Source: Cyclobacteriaceae bacterium
Lineage (GTDB): Bacteria > Bacteroidota > Bacteroidia > Cytophagales > Cyclobacteriaceae
Assembly (NCBI GenBank): GCA_049840975.1
Contig: JASGIR010000069.1
Location: 4,837-68,836 of the forward strand
DNA length: 64,000 bases
Direction of reading: 5' to 3'
Shown here: piece after piece, positions 19,556-29,224 of the stretch
Layout of the letters: each line of letters starts with the position of its first letter
How positions within the stretch are numbered: the stretch's first letter is position 1
Notes under the pieces: generated by a model
The model's database searches: none
Told to the model about the DNA's origin: nothing
Seen by the model: only the letters and a program-made list of their open reading frames with translations
Translations under genes and position numbers: made by a program

Positions 19556-21064
19556 ATGACTATGAAAAATTTCGGATCTCTCGTGTTAGCTGCAATCTTG
19601 GGAAGTGTGATTACGATTGCTTCTTACCAATGGTTTGCAAAAGAAAAAGACTCAATTAAGATAGAACATGTTAATGGCTTACCTACTTCGCAGGTAGCCT
19701 ATCGAATTAATGAAAAAGGTGAAGCTGTTCCTCTCGATTTTACGGGCACCGCTGAGCACGTAACAAAATCCGTTGTTCATATACGCTCCACACAAACGGG
19801 CTCAACACGCGAGCGTGAATCAGGTGACCCTATTCAACAATTTTTCTTTGGTCCTGATGGACCAATGCAAAAAGGGCCAAGCGTGAGCAGCGGTTCAGGT
19901 GTGATTATCAATGCAAATGGTTACATCGTCACGAACAATCACGTGGTGCAAGATGCTGACATTGTCGATGTGACTTTGTCTGACAACCGTTCTTTCAAAG
20001 CAGAAGTGATCGGCACTGATCCTGACACTGATTTGGCTGTGATCAAAATCAATCAAAAAGATTTACCATTTCTTTCGTTTGTAAATTCAGACAATTCGAA
20101 AGTTGGTGAGTGGGTGTTGGCTGTTGGTAATCCATTCAATTTAAACTCCACTGTCACTGCAGGTATTATCAGTGCCAAAGGAAGAAATATTAACATAATC
20201 AATTCAAACAATCCATCACGTGTGACTCAACAAGGAAGCACCGCGATTGAATCTTTCATTCAAACAGATGCTGCAATCAATCCTGGAAACAGCGGTGGCG
20301 CACTTGTAAATTTGGAAGGCGGTCTGCTTGGCATTAACACAGCTATTGCGAGCAATACAGGTTCTTATGCTGGCTATGGGTTTGCAGTTCCATCCAATAT
20401 CGTAAGCAAAATTGTTGAAGACATTCTAGCTTATGGAACCGTTCAACGCGGTTGGCTTGGAATTTCAGTTGTAAGCGTTAACAGTGATTTGGCTAAAGCC
20501 AATGAGCTTGATGTAAATGAAGGAGCGTTTGTTGCAGGTTTTGCTGATGAAGGTAAAAGCGCTGCAAAAGAAGCGGGGATTAAGGAAGGAGACGTAGTTA
20601 CCAAAATGGATGAAACTGAGATTAAATCTAGTACTGCTCTGATTGAATATGTTGGCCGCAAACGTCCTGGCGACAAAATCAATGTCACTGTCGATCGCAA
20701 AGGAAAAACGCTTACTATTCCTGTGACTCTAAAAAACAAAGAAGGAAAAGTTGGAACGGTGAAAAAAGAAGAGCGTGACGCGATAGCATCGCTTGGTATG
20801 GAGCTGAAGGATGTAGATCAAAGAGCGTTGAAACAACTCGACTTAAAAAATGGTGTTGAGGTTGCTTCCCTTAATCACGGCATCGTTGAAAAATATACTG
20901 ACATGCACAAAGGTTTTATCATCACGCATCTGGACAGTCAGCCTGTAACAACAGCTAAAGAATTGAATCAATTATTGAAAAAGAAAAAATCTGGAGAACA
21001 AGTTATTCTTGCGGGTGTTTACCCTGAGTTCCCTAGAGAGTATTTATATGCATTCCGGTTTTAA
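19556..21064 (+). CDS. degP: HtrA/DegP (Do) serine protease with PDZ domains
   Basis: GSGVII, TNNHVV, DLAVIKI, QTDAAINPGNSGG, two PDZ-like regions. Confidence 0.93.
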   Translation: MTMKNFGSLVLAAILGSVITIASYQWFAKEKDSIKIEHVNGLPTSQVAYRINEKGEAVPLDFTGTAEHVTKSVVHIRSTQTGSTRERESGDPIQQFFFGPDGPMQKGPSVSSGSGVIINANGYIVTNNHVVQDADIVDVTLSDNRSFKAEVIGTDPDTDLAVIKINQKDLPFLSFVNSDNSKVGEWVLAVGNPFNLNSTVTAGIISAKGRNINIINSNNPSRVTQQGSTAIESFIQTDAAINPGNSGGALVNLEGGLLGINTAIASNTGSYAGYGFAVPSNIVSKIVEDILAYGTVQRGWLGISVVSVNSDLAKANELDVNEGAFVAGFADEGKSAAKEAGIKEGDVVTKMDETEIKSSTALIEYVGRKRPGDKINVTVDRKGKTLTIPVTLKNKEGKVGTVKKEERDAIASLGMELKDVDQRALKQLDLKNGVEVASLNHGIVEKYTDMHKGFIITHLDSQPVTTAKELNQLLKKKKSGEQVILAGVYPEFPREYLYAFRF

Positions 21065-21084
21065 AAAATTAACAACCAAAGTTT

Positions 21085-21258
21085 ATGAGAAGACTTTTTA
21101 AAAAAGGCGAGCGAGTGCGCAGTAAACTCGATGGCAAAGTGATGGAAGTACTCAAGTACATCAAAGGCAAAGTAGTAGAAGTAAGATGGTTTGATCTCAG
21201 CGCCAAGGAAATTCGAACCAACAAAATAAATGAAGACAAGCTTTCAAAAGCAGCTTAA
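21085..21258 (+). CDS. 57-aa small protein, YodC/DUF2158-like
   Basis: Not in the ORF track: MRRLFKKGERVRSKLDGKVMEVLKYIKGKVVEVRWFDLSAKEIRTNKINEDKLSKAA; sits between degP and a terminator. Confidence 0.7.
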   Translation: MRRLFKKGERVRSKLDGKVMEVLKYIKGKVVEVRWFDLSAKEIRTNKINEDKLSKAA

Positions 21259-21261
21259 GAT

Positions 21262-21288
21262 AAAGCCCCGAGAAATCGGGGTTTTTTA
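21262..21288 (+). terminator. Rho-independent terminator after degP and the small ORF
   Basis: CCCCGA-GAAA-TCGGGG followed by TTTTTT. Confidence 0.85.
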
Positions 21289-21355
21289 TTTGAAAATAAT
21301 TTTGTTTTCGGCTTTATTTTTGGTTGAATCGGCATTTTTAAAACTAGATGTGATA

Positions 21356-21363
21356 TACCTTTG
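21356..21363 (+). promoter_or_regulatory. -7 promoter element for ispH
   Basis: TACCTTTG matches TAnnTTTG. Confidence 0.6.
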
Positions 21364-21374
21364 AGAATTAAACA

Positions 21375-22604
21375 CTGGCTTTTATCAAAAAATTTGAAAT
21401 ACCCGCCTATTATCGCTCTTCTATCACGGGAAGGATAAAAGAATTCCGCAAAGTCAAAGATTTGCGTAAGCAGGATTTCTCACCAACTGTGCTCGATTTC
21501 GGGCCCATACAATTTTTTATAGCACGCCACTTTGGATTTTGTTATGGAGTAGAGAATGCAATCGAAATCAGCTATCGCGCTCTTGAAGAGAATCCGAATA
21601 GGAATGTTTATCTGCTAAGCCAGATGATTCACAATCAAGAAGTGAATGCAGATCTTCAAAGTCGTGGAATAAAATTTATTGCCGATACAGATGGAACTCA
21701 ATTCATTCCTTGGGAAAAAATTGGAAAAGAAGATATTGTGATCATTCCTGCCTTCGGAACAACGCTTGAAATCGAAAATCTTTTACTTGACAAGCAAGTG
21801 GAAGTTCATAAGTACAACACCACTTGTCCTTTCGTGGAAAAAGTCTGGAACCGCGCTGATAAACTTGGGAAAGAAAACTATACCATTATCATTCACGGAA
21901 AGCCGAAACATGAGGAAACGCGTGCTACTTTTTCTCATAGCGCTCACAGCGGTCCGTCTGTCATTGTGAAAGACATGCATGAAGCTGAAGAACTGGCAAA
22001 ATACATTTCTGGTGATAAATCGGCTTCTAATTTTTATGAAGAGTTTGAAGGAAAGTTTTCAAAAAATTTCAATGTTGAAAAAGATCTGCAACGTGTTGGT
22101 GTAGTAAATCAAACAACTATGCTTGCTACGGAGACTCAAGCTATAGCAGATTTTTTCAAACAGACAATGATGAAAAAATATGGCAATGAAGATTTGAAAA
22201 ATCATTTTGCTGATACGCGCGATACATTGTGCTATGCTACAAATGACAACCAAGATTCATCCTACGAGTTATTAAAAACAGGAGCCGATCTTGCCATTGT
22301 TGTAGGTGGATACAACAGCAGCAATACTTCACATATTGTTGAATTGTGTGAGCGCCAATTCCCGACTTATTTTTATCAATTCTGAAAATGAAATTATATC
22401 AGCTGAGGAAATCCACCACTTCGATTATCATCGAAAAGAAAAAGAACGACTAAAGATTTTCTGAAGTCATCTGATCCTTTAAAAATTGTTCTTACCAGCG
22501 GTGCTTCATGCCCTGACACTTTAGTGGATCGTGTTATGATGAAGATGCTGAGTTATTTTCCGAATGTAAAACCTGTTGAAGAAGTGTTAGCTCCATTTCA
22601 ATAA
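21375..22604 (+). CDS. ispH: 4-hydroxy-3-methylbut-2-enyl diphosphate reductase; two compensating frameshifts (~22371, ~22442); start non-canonical or miscalled
   Basis: FGFCYGVENA, TTCPFV, HEET, NQTT, DTLCYAT, GGYNSSNT; TSGASCPD appears downstream and the frame ends at TAA 22604; the total span is a multiple of 3. Confidence 0.92.
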
Positions 22605-22606
22605 TC

Positions 22607-24643
22607 ATGCGAGTCCTTACAACTATTTTCGCTTTACTGAGTTTTCTTGCCGCTCAAAGTCAGAGTGTAAATGACACGACCAAAATTCTAGAAGAAGTAG
22701 TAGTCAACGCTTATCAGTATAACCGCACCATAAAAGAAACTCCTGTTGCATTAGGTCTCATTTCCGAAAAGGATTTAAATCGTTTCAATAACAATTCCAT
22801 TGTCTCTGCAATGAACACAATTGCCGGAGTTCGAATGGAAGAGCGCTCACCTGGAAGCTATCGTTTTGCAATTCGTGGAAGCTCACTTCGCTCGCCCTTT
22901 GGAGTACGCAACGTGAAATTTTACTGGAATGGGCTTCCTCTTACTGACGGTGGTGGAAATACTTATCTCAATCTTTTAGATTTTGATGCTTTTGGTCGAG
23001 CCGAAATTATAAAAGGCCCAGGCACAAGTTTGTATGGAGCTGCCACAGGCGGAGTAGTTTTACTTTCTAGTCCAGTTATCAAACAAAATCAAATTCAAGT
23101 TTCTGCTTCTGGAGGAAGTTATGGTCTACAACGATATCAGCTTAGCGGAACATTCGGAGACGACAAGAAAAAAATTTTTGTCAACTATGCTCGTCAGCAA
23201 TCGGATGGCTATCGACAACAATCTTCATTGAGAAGAGATGCATTTAATCTTCAAGGAAGTTTTTTGTTAAAAGACAAAAGCACAATTCAAACTTCAGTCT
23301 TTTATACTGATTTATTTTATCAGACGCCCGGTGGCCTAACTCTTACTCAGTATAATGCAAATCCACAGCAAGCGAGGCCCGCGGCTCCTTCAGGGACACC
23401 GAAAGGTGCAACACAGCAGCAAGCCGCTATCTATAATAAAACTGTGTACGGAGCAGTAAATTATGAAAAGCAATGGTCGTCAAATTGGTCTACCCGAGTT
23501 GGTGGTTACGGCTCATATACTGACTATACAAACCCTGCCATTCAAAATTATGAACGAAGAACGGAAACTAACTGGGGCGGTCGCACTGACACACGTTATG
23601 AATTTGAAAAAAAGATAAAGGGCAAAATTACATTCGGTGCTGAGTATCAATATTTTTATTCCCCGCTTACGGATTATGGAAACTCGCTCGGTGTAAAAGA
23701 TACCGTGCAAACAAATGATCGCCTAACTTCAACTGCAGCGATTTTATTTTCTCAAGTGGAATTAATTCTTCCGTCACAATTTTATCTTACGGTTGGAGGA
23801 AGCGGAAATTTTATTAACTATAGATTCAACAGATTAGCCGGTGCTCCCTTAGGTTTACACACACGAGGTTTTAGCCCGTTAATTTCTCCTCGAGTTGCTT
23901 TGTTGAAAAAAATAAATGAATCGCTCTCTATTTTCACTTCGGTTAGCAAAGGTTTTTCAACTCCAACTTGGGCTGAAGTCGTTTCTTCATCCGGCACTTA
24001 CAACCCGAGTCTTTCACCAGAAGAAGGAATCAATTATGAAGCTGGAGTAAGAGGTAATTTCTTAAAGAATTTCTCATTCGATTTTGTTGGCTACGATTTT
24101 GAGTTGTCCAACATCATTGTAAGCGAAAGCAGTGGACAAACTTATATCAATGCGGGCACGTCACAAAAAGGGCTTGAGACTTATCTAGCATGGCAGAAAA
24201 ATTTTGGTTCAAGGAATTTTTCTGGTTTAAAAATCTGGAGCTCGTTCACATTTACTGATTACAAGTTCACTAGGTACAATTACAACAGCAATGACTTTAC
24301 AGGAAAAAGGTTGCCAAGTACCGCTCCAAAAATTCTAGTTGGTGGCCTCGATCTCACATTCTTAAAACACTTTTACTACAACCTCACAGTAAATTACGTA
24401 GACAAGATTTCAGTAAATGACGCCAACACTTCAATCGCTTCAGATTATTGTTTATTGGGTTCACGCCTTGGATTCAAAAGCTTATTTGACAGAACTTCTC
24501 TTGAATTCTTTTTGGGAGTAGATAATGCCCTTGATCAAAAATATAGTTTAGGAAATGATTTGAATGCTTTGGGTGGTCGATACTTTAATGCGGCTGCTCC
24601 TAGAAATTTCTATTTCGGTGTGAAAATCATTCCAAGAATCTAG
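22607..24643 (+). CDS. TonB-dependent receptor
   Basis: Signal peptide, LEEVVV TonB box, IRGS plug, EIIKGPGTSLYG, PRNFYFG C-terminus. Confidence 0.92.
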   Translation: MRVLTTIFALLSFLAAQSQSVNDTTKILEEVVVNAYQYNRTIKETPVALGLISEKDLNRFNNNSIVSAMNTIAGVRMEERSPGSYRFAIRGSSLRSPFGVRNVKFYWNGLPLTDGGGNTYLNLLDFDAFGRAEIIKGPGTSLYGAATGGVVLLSSPVIKQNQIQVSASGGSYGLQRYQLSGTFGDDKKKIFVNYARQQSDGYRQQSSLRRDAFNLQGSFLLKDKSTIQTSVFYTDLFYQTPGGLTLTQYNANPQQARPAAPSGTPKGATQQQAAIYNKTVYGAVNYEKQWSSNWSTRVGGYGSYTDYTNPAIQNYERRTETNWGGRTDTRYEFEKKIKGKITFGAEYQYFYSPLTDYGNSLGVKDTVQTNDRLTSTAAILFSQVELILPSQFYLTVGGSGNFINYRFNRLAGAPLGLHTRGFSPLISPRVALLKKINESLSIFTSVSKGFSTPTWAEVVSSSGTYNPSLSPEEGINYEAGVRGNFLKNFSFDFVGYDFELSNIIVSESSGQTYINAGTSQKGLETYLAWQKNFGSRNFSGLKIWSSFTFTDYKFTRYNYNSNDFTGKRLPSTAPKILVGGLDLTFLKHFYYNLTVNYVDKISVNDANTSIASDYCLLGSRLGFKSLFDRTSLEFFLGVDNALDQKYSLGNDLNALGGRYFNAAAPRNFYFGVKIIPRI

Positions 24644-25467
24644 GCCAAAAATTCTTCGACTTTTTTAATTAGGTCAACCGACTTCAGATTGTGGCCTAAG
24701 CCTGTTGTAGTTATCAATTCTGAATTTTGCCAGTTTTGATGCGCCTCCAGAGCGTGACGATACGGAGCTTCACGATCTTCTGTGTCATGAATCATAAGAC
24801 CTTGAATCGAAATCCCTTTTGCAAATTCCTTGATCGAAAAATATTCTGGTCCATGACCTAACTTTTCAACAAAAAAATCTTGAATCAACCTCACTGTCTT
24901 ATCTGATAACTTCAAAATATTTCTGTAGTACGCAAAAAACTCCTTGGCTTCACCTGGTGCTGCCATCATCACCATCTTAGAAACATCGAGTTTCGGCAAA
25001 CGATGAGCTGTATAAATCGATGAAAATGCACCAAGAGAATGAGCGAGTATCGCATAAAATTTGGTCTCGGAAGTGAGTTGCTCAATCAATCCACTGTAGT
25101 GTGGGACATTAATGTAATCTCCGTCTGAAAGGCCGTGGCCAGGCGCGTCAATTGAATAAATGGAAAATTTATCTTTAGGCAGAAGTGTGACAATACTTTT
25201 CCACCAATAGCTGTGACTCTCCCAACCGTGTAAAAGCAACAGTTTTTTTTCACCATTTCCCCAGCGATAGCCTTGAACTTTCTTACCAGCATATTCAATC
25301 GAAAATTTTTCCGAAGTATTCAGGAATTCCAAGTGATGAGGTTTTACAGGTCGCCTTCGAGGTCTGCAAAACAAATAAAACCCTACTTCGCCAGCCTTAT
25401 GAGGAGCAACAACGGCAAGTGTATTCAGATATGTTCGAAAGAAGAAAATCAGCAACTCTTTTTTCAT
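24640..25467 (-). CDS. Alpha/beta hydrolase
   Basis: LLHGWES, DAPGHG, AHSLG nucleophile motif, HD.ED, GLGH. Confidence 0.88.
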   Translation of the reverse strand: MKKELLIFFFRTYLNTLAVVAPHKAGEVGFYLFCRPRRRPVKPHHLEFLNTSEKFSIEYAGKKVQGYRWGNGEKKLLLLHGWESHSYWWKSIVTLLPKDKFSIYSIDAPGHGLSDGDYINVPHYSGLIEQLTSETKFYAILAHSLGAFSSIYTAHRLPKLDVSKMVMMAAPGEAKEFFAYYRNILKLSDKTVRLIQDFFVEKLGHGPEYFSIKEFAKGISIQGLMIHDTEDREAPYRHALEAHQNWQNSELITTTGLGHNLKSVDLIKKVEEFLA

Positions 25468-25498
25468 TTCTTATAAATTATTGATCAAATAATGACAT

Positions 25499-25515
25499 GG
25501 TACCAATCGGTATCT
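25499..25515. promoter_or_regulatory. Putative TetR operator, copy 2
   Basis: GGTACC-AATC-GGTATCT resembles the palindrome at 26128-26149 and lies upstream of the hydrolase. Confidence 0.6.
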
Positions 25516-25531
25516 AAAACTTCAAAAAAAA

Positions 25532-26122
25532 TTAAACTTCAATTTCTACGATCATCTTGTCTAAATGATTGATCACTATGCGAATGTCATCATTGGTGCG
25601 CGCCAACTTGCTCATCATGATTGCTCCTTCAAGGCCCGCAATCAAAATCGTTGCGAAATCATTTTTATCAACTGATTTTTTAATTTGCTTGAACTCAATT
25701 CCTCGCGTCAAAATATGAACAATTGATTCTTTTAAAGTGACGAGAATACCCAGCGCTTTCTTTCGCAATAGTGGATTACTATCGTCCACTTCAATCGCAG
25801 CATTTAAAAGCGGGCATCCGCCTTTGATGGGTGGTTCGGTGATGTACGATTCAAAATAGTGAAGAACTGCCCGAAGCTTATCTCCAGCATTTTTCTCGTT
25901 TCTGATGCGTTCGCCCATTTTGGAATACAATGTGGAAGTCAAATGTGCAAGGGCTTGTTCCTCAAGTTTGTCCTTGTTTTTGAAGTGACGATATACAGCT
26001 CCTTTTGTTAGGCCAGTGGCATTAGTAATATGACCAATCGATGTAGCTCTGTAGCCATGTGAATTAAAAAGTTCGCCCGCGCGATGCAGAATTTTACCTA
26101 TCGTTTCCTCGCTATTTCTCAT
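25532..26122 (-). CDS. TetR/AcrR family regulator
   Basis: LF..HGY.ATSI..I....GLTKGAVYRHFKNK HTH; GGCPL motif. Confidence 0.93.
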   Translation of the reverse strand: MRNSEETIGKILHRAGELFNSHGYRATSIGHITNATGLTKGAVYRHFKNKDKLEEQALAHLTSTLYSKMGERIRNEKNAGDKLRAVLHYFESYITEPPIKGGCPLLNAAIEVDDSNPLLRKKALGILVTLKESIVHILTRGIEFKQIKKSVDKNDFATILIAGLEGAIMMSKLARTNDDIRIVINHLDKMIVEIEV

Positions 26123-26127
26123 TATGC

Positions 26128-26149
26128 TAAGATACCGTTCGGTATCTTA
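26128..26149. promoter_or_regulatory. Putative TetR autoregulatory operator
   Basis: Perfect inverted repeat TAAGATACCG-TT-CGGTATCTTA, 5 nt upstream of the tetR ATG. Confidence 0.75.
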
Positions 26150-26264
26150 ATTTCAAAACGCGTTTGAATTAAAAAAGTTTCCTTTTTCTTTGCACCGTGA
26201 TACATCCTTTCGCGGCTCAATATCAAAATAGTAGACTCTCTGGCTTCCTAAATCAAGCTAGCGG

Positions 26265-27434
26265 ATGAAAATTCTAATTCTTCATCAACATTTCAATACA
26301 CCTGCCAAAGGAGGTGCAATTCGTTCCTATTATTTAGCGAAAGCTTTAGTTGAACGCGGAATTGAAACCGTGGTGATTACCGGTTGTAACGAAAAGAAAT
26401 ACAAACATGAAAATATAGAAGGGATTCAAGTTCACTTTTTGTCAGTAGCTTACGATAATTCATTTGGCTTTTTTGCTCGCAGCATTTCCTTTGTCGATTA
26501 TATTTTTAAAAGCGTGAAGCTTGCTAAAAATATGGTTGGCTTTGACAAGTGTTATGCTATGTCTGTTCCGCTAACAATTGGTATTGCAGCTTATCGCCTG
26601 AAAACAAAATTGAAACTCCCTTTTATTTTCGAAGTAGGTGATCTCTGGCCCGATGCTCCGATACAAATGGGGTTTGTAAAAAATTCAATGTTTGCTTCCC
26701 TACTCTATCGATTAGAGAAATTCATATACAAAGAAGCTGATTCGGTTGTCGCTCTTTCCAGTTCCATTAAAGTTGAAATCGAAAGGAAAATCTCAAACAA
26801 GAAAGTTCATGTCATACCCAATTTTTCAGATTGCGAATTCTATCGGCCTGACACCAAAAGCGAGGCGCTTGAAGAAAAATATGGTGTGAAAAATAAATTT
26901 GTTGTCTCTTACATTGGCGCCCTAGGTGCAGCCAATGGCCTGGAGTATTTTATTGAATGTGCGAATGTTTCTCGAAAAAAGAATTTGCCCATTCATTTCA
27001 TTCTCTGCGGAACGGGGGCAATGCTTGAGCGCCTAAAAACATCAGTTGAAAAATTAAAGCTCAATAATATTTCTATCACGGGGCTTGTAAATCGAGATTC
27101 TGTAAAAGAAATTATGAACGTAACAGATGCCGCGTTCATTTGTTACAAAAACGTTCCTGTTCTTGAAACTGGATCGCCTAATAAATATTTTGACGCACTT
27201 GCTTCTGGCAAATTGATCATTACCAATTTTGGAGGTTGGATTAGAGAAGAAATTGAAGAAACGGGCTGTGGTATATCCCTAGACCCTACGAGCCCTGCTA
27301 GTTTCGTTGAGAAAATCCAATCTTTTATTTCCAATAAAGAAAAACTAATGCGATTTCAGCAATCAGCAAGACAATTGGCCGAAGAAAAATACGACCGAAA
27401 AAAATTATCCGATTTCTTTGCAAGAATTTTTTGA
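26265..27434 (+). CDS. Glycosyltransferase family 4 (WbuB-like)
   Basis: FEVGDLWPD, YIGALG.ANGL, SPNKYFDALASG. Confidence 0.9.
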   Translation: MKILILHQHFNTPAKGGAIRSYYLAKALVERGIETVVITGCNEKKYKHENIEGIQVHFLSVAYDNSFGFFARSISFVDYIFKSVKLAKNMVGFDKCYAMSVPLTIGIAAYRLKTKLKLPFIFEVGDLWPDAPIQMGFVKNSMFASLLYRLEKFIYKEADSVVALSSSIKVEIERKISNKKVHVIPNFSDCEFYRPDTKSEALEEKYGVKNKFVVSYIGALGAANGLEYFIECANVSRKKNLPIHFILCGTGAMLERLKTSVEKLKLNNISITGLVNRDSVKEIMNVTDAAFICYKNVPVLETGSPNKYFDALASGKLIITNFGGWIREEIEETGCGISLDPTSPASFVEKIQSFISNKEKLMRFQQSARQLAEEKYDRKKLSDFFARIF

Positions 27435-27449
27435 TCTCTTTTGCAAACG

Positions 27450-27920
27450 ATGAAAAAATACTTTTTAAAACTTTATCAGTACAACGCTTGGGCCAACAAG
27501 CGCGTTTTGTCTTGCCTGAAACAACAGAACGTTAGTCAGGAAAAAATACTTTCGTTAATGGGACACATCGCTGCCGCTGAAATGCTGTGGCTACATCGAA
27601 TCAAAAATTTGCCCAAACCGGACGTAAAACTATGGAGTAACTATTCTTTGCAAGAAATAGAAAAGATGCTCATCAAAATTGATCCCGACTGGATTTCCTT
27701 CATAGAAACCATTGAGCAATTCGATCGTGAACTGAGCTATAAAAATTATACAGGCGATCAATTCACAAACAATGTCGAGGACATCATGATTCATACAGCC
27801 AATCATGCAAGTTATCACCGTGCTCAAGTTGCAATGTTGCTTCGTCAAAATGGATTTGAACCAGTAAACACTGATTTCATTACTTACGACAGAGTTCTTC
27901 GAGGACAATTGCCAAATTGA
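27450..27920 (+). CDS. DinB family protein
   Basis: YNAWAN, HI..AE..W, H..NHASYHRAQ. Confidence 0.9.
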   Translation: MKKYFLKLYQYNAWANKRVLSCLKQQNVSQEKILSLMGHIAAAEMLWLHRIKNLPKPDVKLWSNYSLQEIEKMLIKIDPDWISFIETIEQFDRELSYKNYTGDQFTNNVEDIMIHTANHASYHRAQVAMLLRQNGFEPVNTDFITYDRVLRGQLPN

Positions 27921-27956
27921 TTGTAAATTGTTTATCTCGAACCTAAACCCAATCGT

Positions 27957-28799
27957 ATGAAGAAAATAATTTCAATTTTCGCTATTGTTTTAATTTCTGC
28001 GAAAGTTTTTGCCCAAACAGAGCCGACAGTCTGCCACACTTCTTCTACTGAGAAGTTTGCCATGTTTGCCTCCAATAAAAAATTTAACAGTGCTCACCCC
28101 GAACCGCTATTTTATGTGCACGTAAGTGACGTTGGGGGAAGAATGATCAAGATTAAAACTGATGGCGTAGAGGCCAATGGATATTTGATAGAAGCTAAGA
28201 CGAAAACCAACAATTGGATTTTTGTTTTTCAAGAATGGTGGGGACTTAACGACCACATTAAGCGCGAAGCTGAAAATATTTTCAAAGACCTCGGCAATGT
28301 GAATGTACTAGCACTCGACATGTATGATGGCAAGGTGGCAACCAATCGTGATGAGGCCGGAAAATACATGGGTGAATTCAAGCAAGATCGTGGCAATGCC
28401 ATCGTGAAAGGAGCCGTTGCCTATGCTGGCAACAGTGCAAAAATCGGAACGATTGGCTGGTGCTTTGGTGGTGGACAATCAATGCAAGCTGCGCTTACTG
28501 CAGGTACTCAAGCTGCAGCATGTGTGATTTATTATGGAATGCCTGAAGAAAATATTGATCGGTTGAAAGGACTGAATTGTGATGTCCTCGACATTTTTGC
28601 TACCCAAGATGGATGGATTAACAAAGATGTAACCGCAAAGTTTGAAGCCAATATGAAAACTGCTAGCAAAAATTTAACTGTTAAATCCTACGATGCAGAC
28701 CACGCTTTTGCGAATCCTAGCAATCCGAAACACAACAAGGAGGCAACAGCTGATGCATATAAAAACTCGATCGCGTTTTTTAAAGCAAGGCTGAAGTAA
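27957..28799 (+). CDS. Exported dienelactone hydrolase family protein
   Basis: QEWWGLN, GWCFGG, IYYG, HAFANP. Confidence 0.9.
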   Translation: MKKIISIFAIVLISAKVFAQTEPTVCHTSSTEKFAMFASNKKFNSAHPEPLFYVHVSDVGGRMIKIKTDGVEANGYLIEAKTKTNNWIFVFQEWWGLNDHIKREAENIFKDLGNVNVLALDMYDGKVATNRDEAGKYMGEFKQDRGNAIVKGAVAYAGNSAKIGTIGWCFGGGQSMQAALTAGTQAAACVIYYGMPEENIDRLKGLNCDVLDIFATQDGWINKDVTAKFEANMKTASKNLTVKSYDADHAFANPSNPKHNKEATADAYKNSIAFFKARLK

Positions 28800-28816
28800 C
28801 ATTAACAAACACAAAT

Positions 28817-28842
28817 AAAAAGGCGCTGTGGGCGCCTTTTTT
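28817..28842. terminator. Bidirectional terminator between convergent genes
   Basis: AAAAAGGCGC-TGTGG-GCGCCTTTTT. Confidence 0.8.
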
Positions 28843-29224
28843 ATACCGTAATTTCAATTCGGTTTGACTCAGGATCAAGAATTACGCTCTCATAATATCC
28901 ATCTCCAGTTGTTCGAGGTCCGTCTAGAACCGAGAACCCAGCCTGCCTTAACTCTTGCGTTAATGAATCAACTTTTTCTTTGCTCCCAACAGAAATCGCG
29001 AAGTGTATAATCCCTATACTTTGACCCTCGTTCTTATTCGCTGGAGTTTCTGGCTTATGCATCAACTCGATTCGAGCACCACTATCAAAACTTAAAAAAT
29101 AGGAATGAAAATTTTTGAGCTCGTTCACATATTTTTCGCTAGACTTGGCTTTAAAAAATTTCTCATAGAAGCTACGCTGCTTCTCCAAATCCTTCACCCA
29201 AATTGCTATGTGATCTATCTTCAT
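28841..29224 (-). CDS. VOC/glyoxalase family protein
   Basis: IDHIAIWVKDLE, GARIELM, GPRTTGDGYYES. Confidence 0.9.
   Translation of the reverse strand: MKIDHIAIWVKDLEKQRSFYEKFFKAKSSEKYVNELKNFHSYFLSFDSGARIELMHKPETPANKNEGQSIGIIHFAISVGSKEKVDSLTQELRQAGFSVLDGPRTTGDGYYESVILDPESNRIEITV

Noticed and set aside
21375-22604. ispH, purM and aroK as true pseudogenes or programmed frameshifts
   Set aside because: Catalytic motifs are intact, the indels sit mostly in homopolymers across many unrelated genes, and the two ispH indels compensate. Sequencing error is the simpler explanation.
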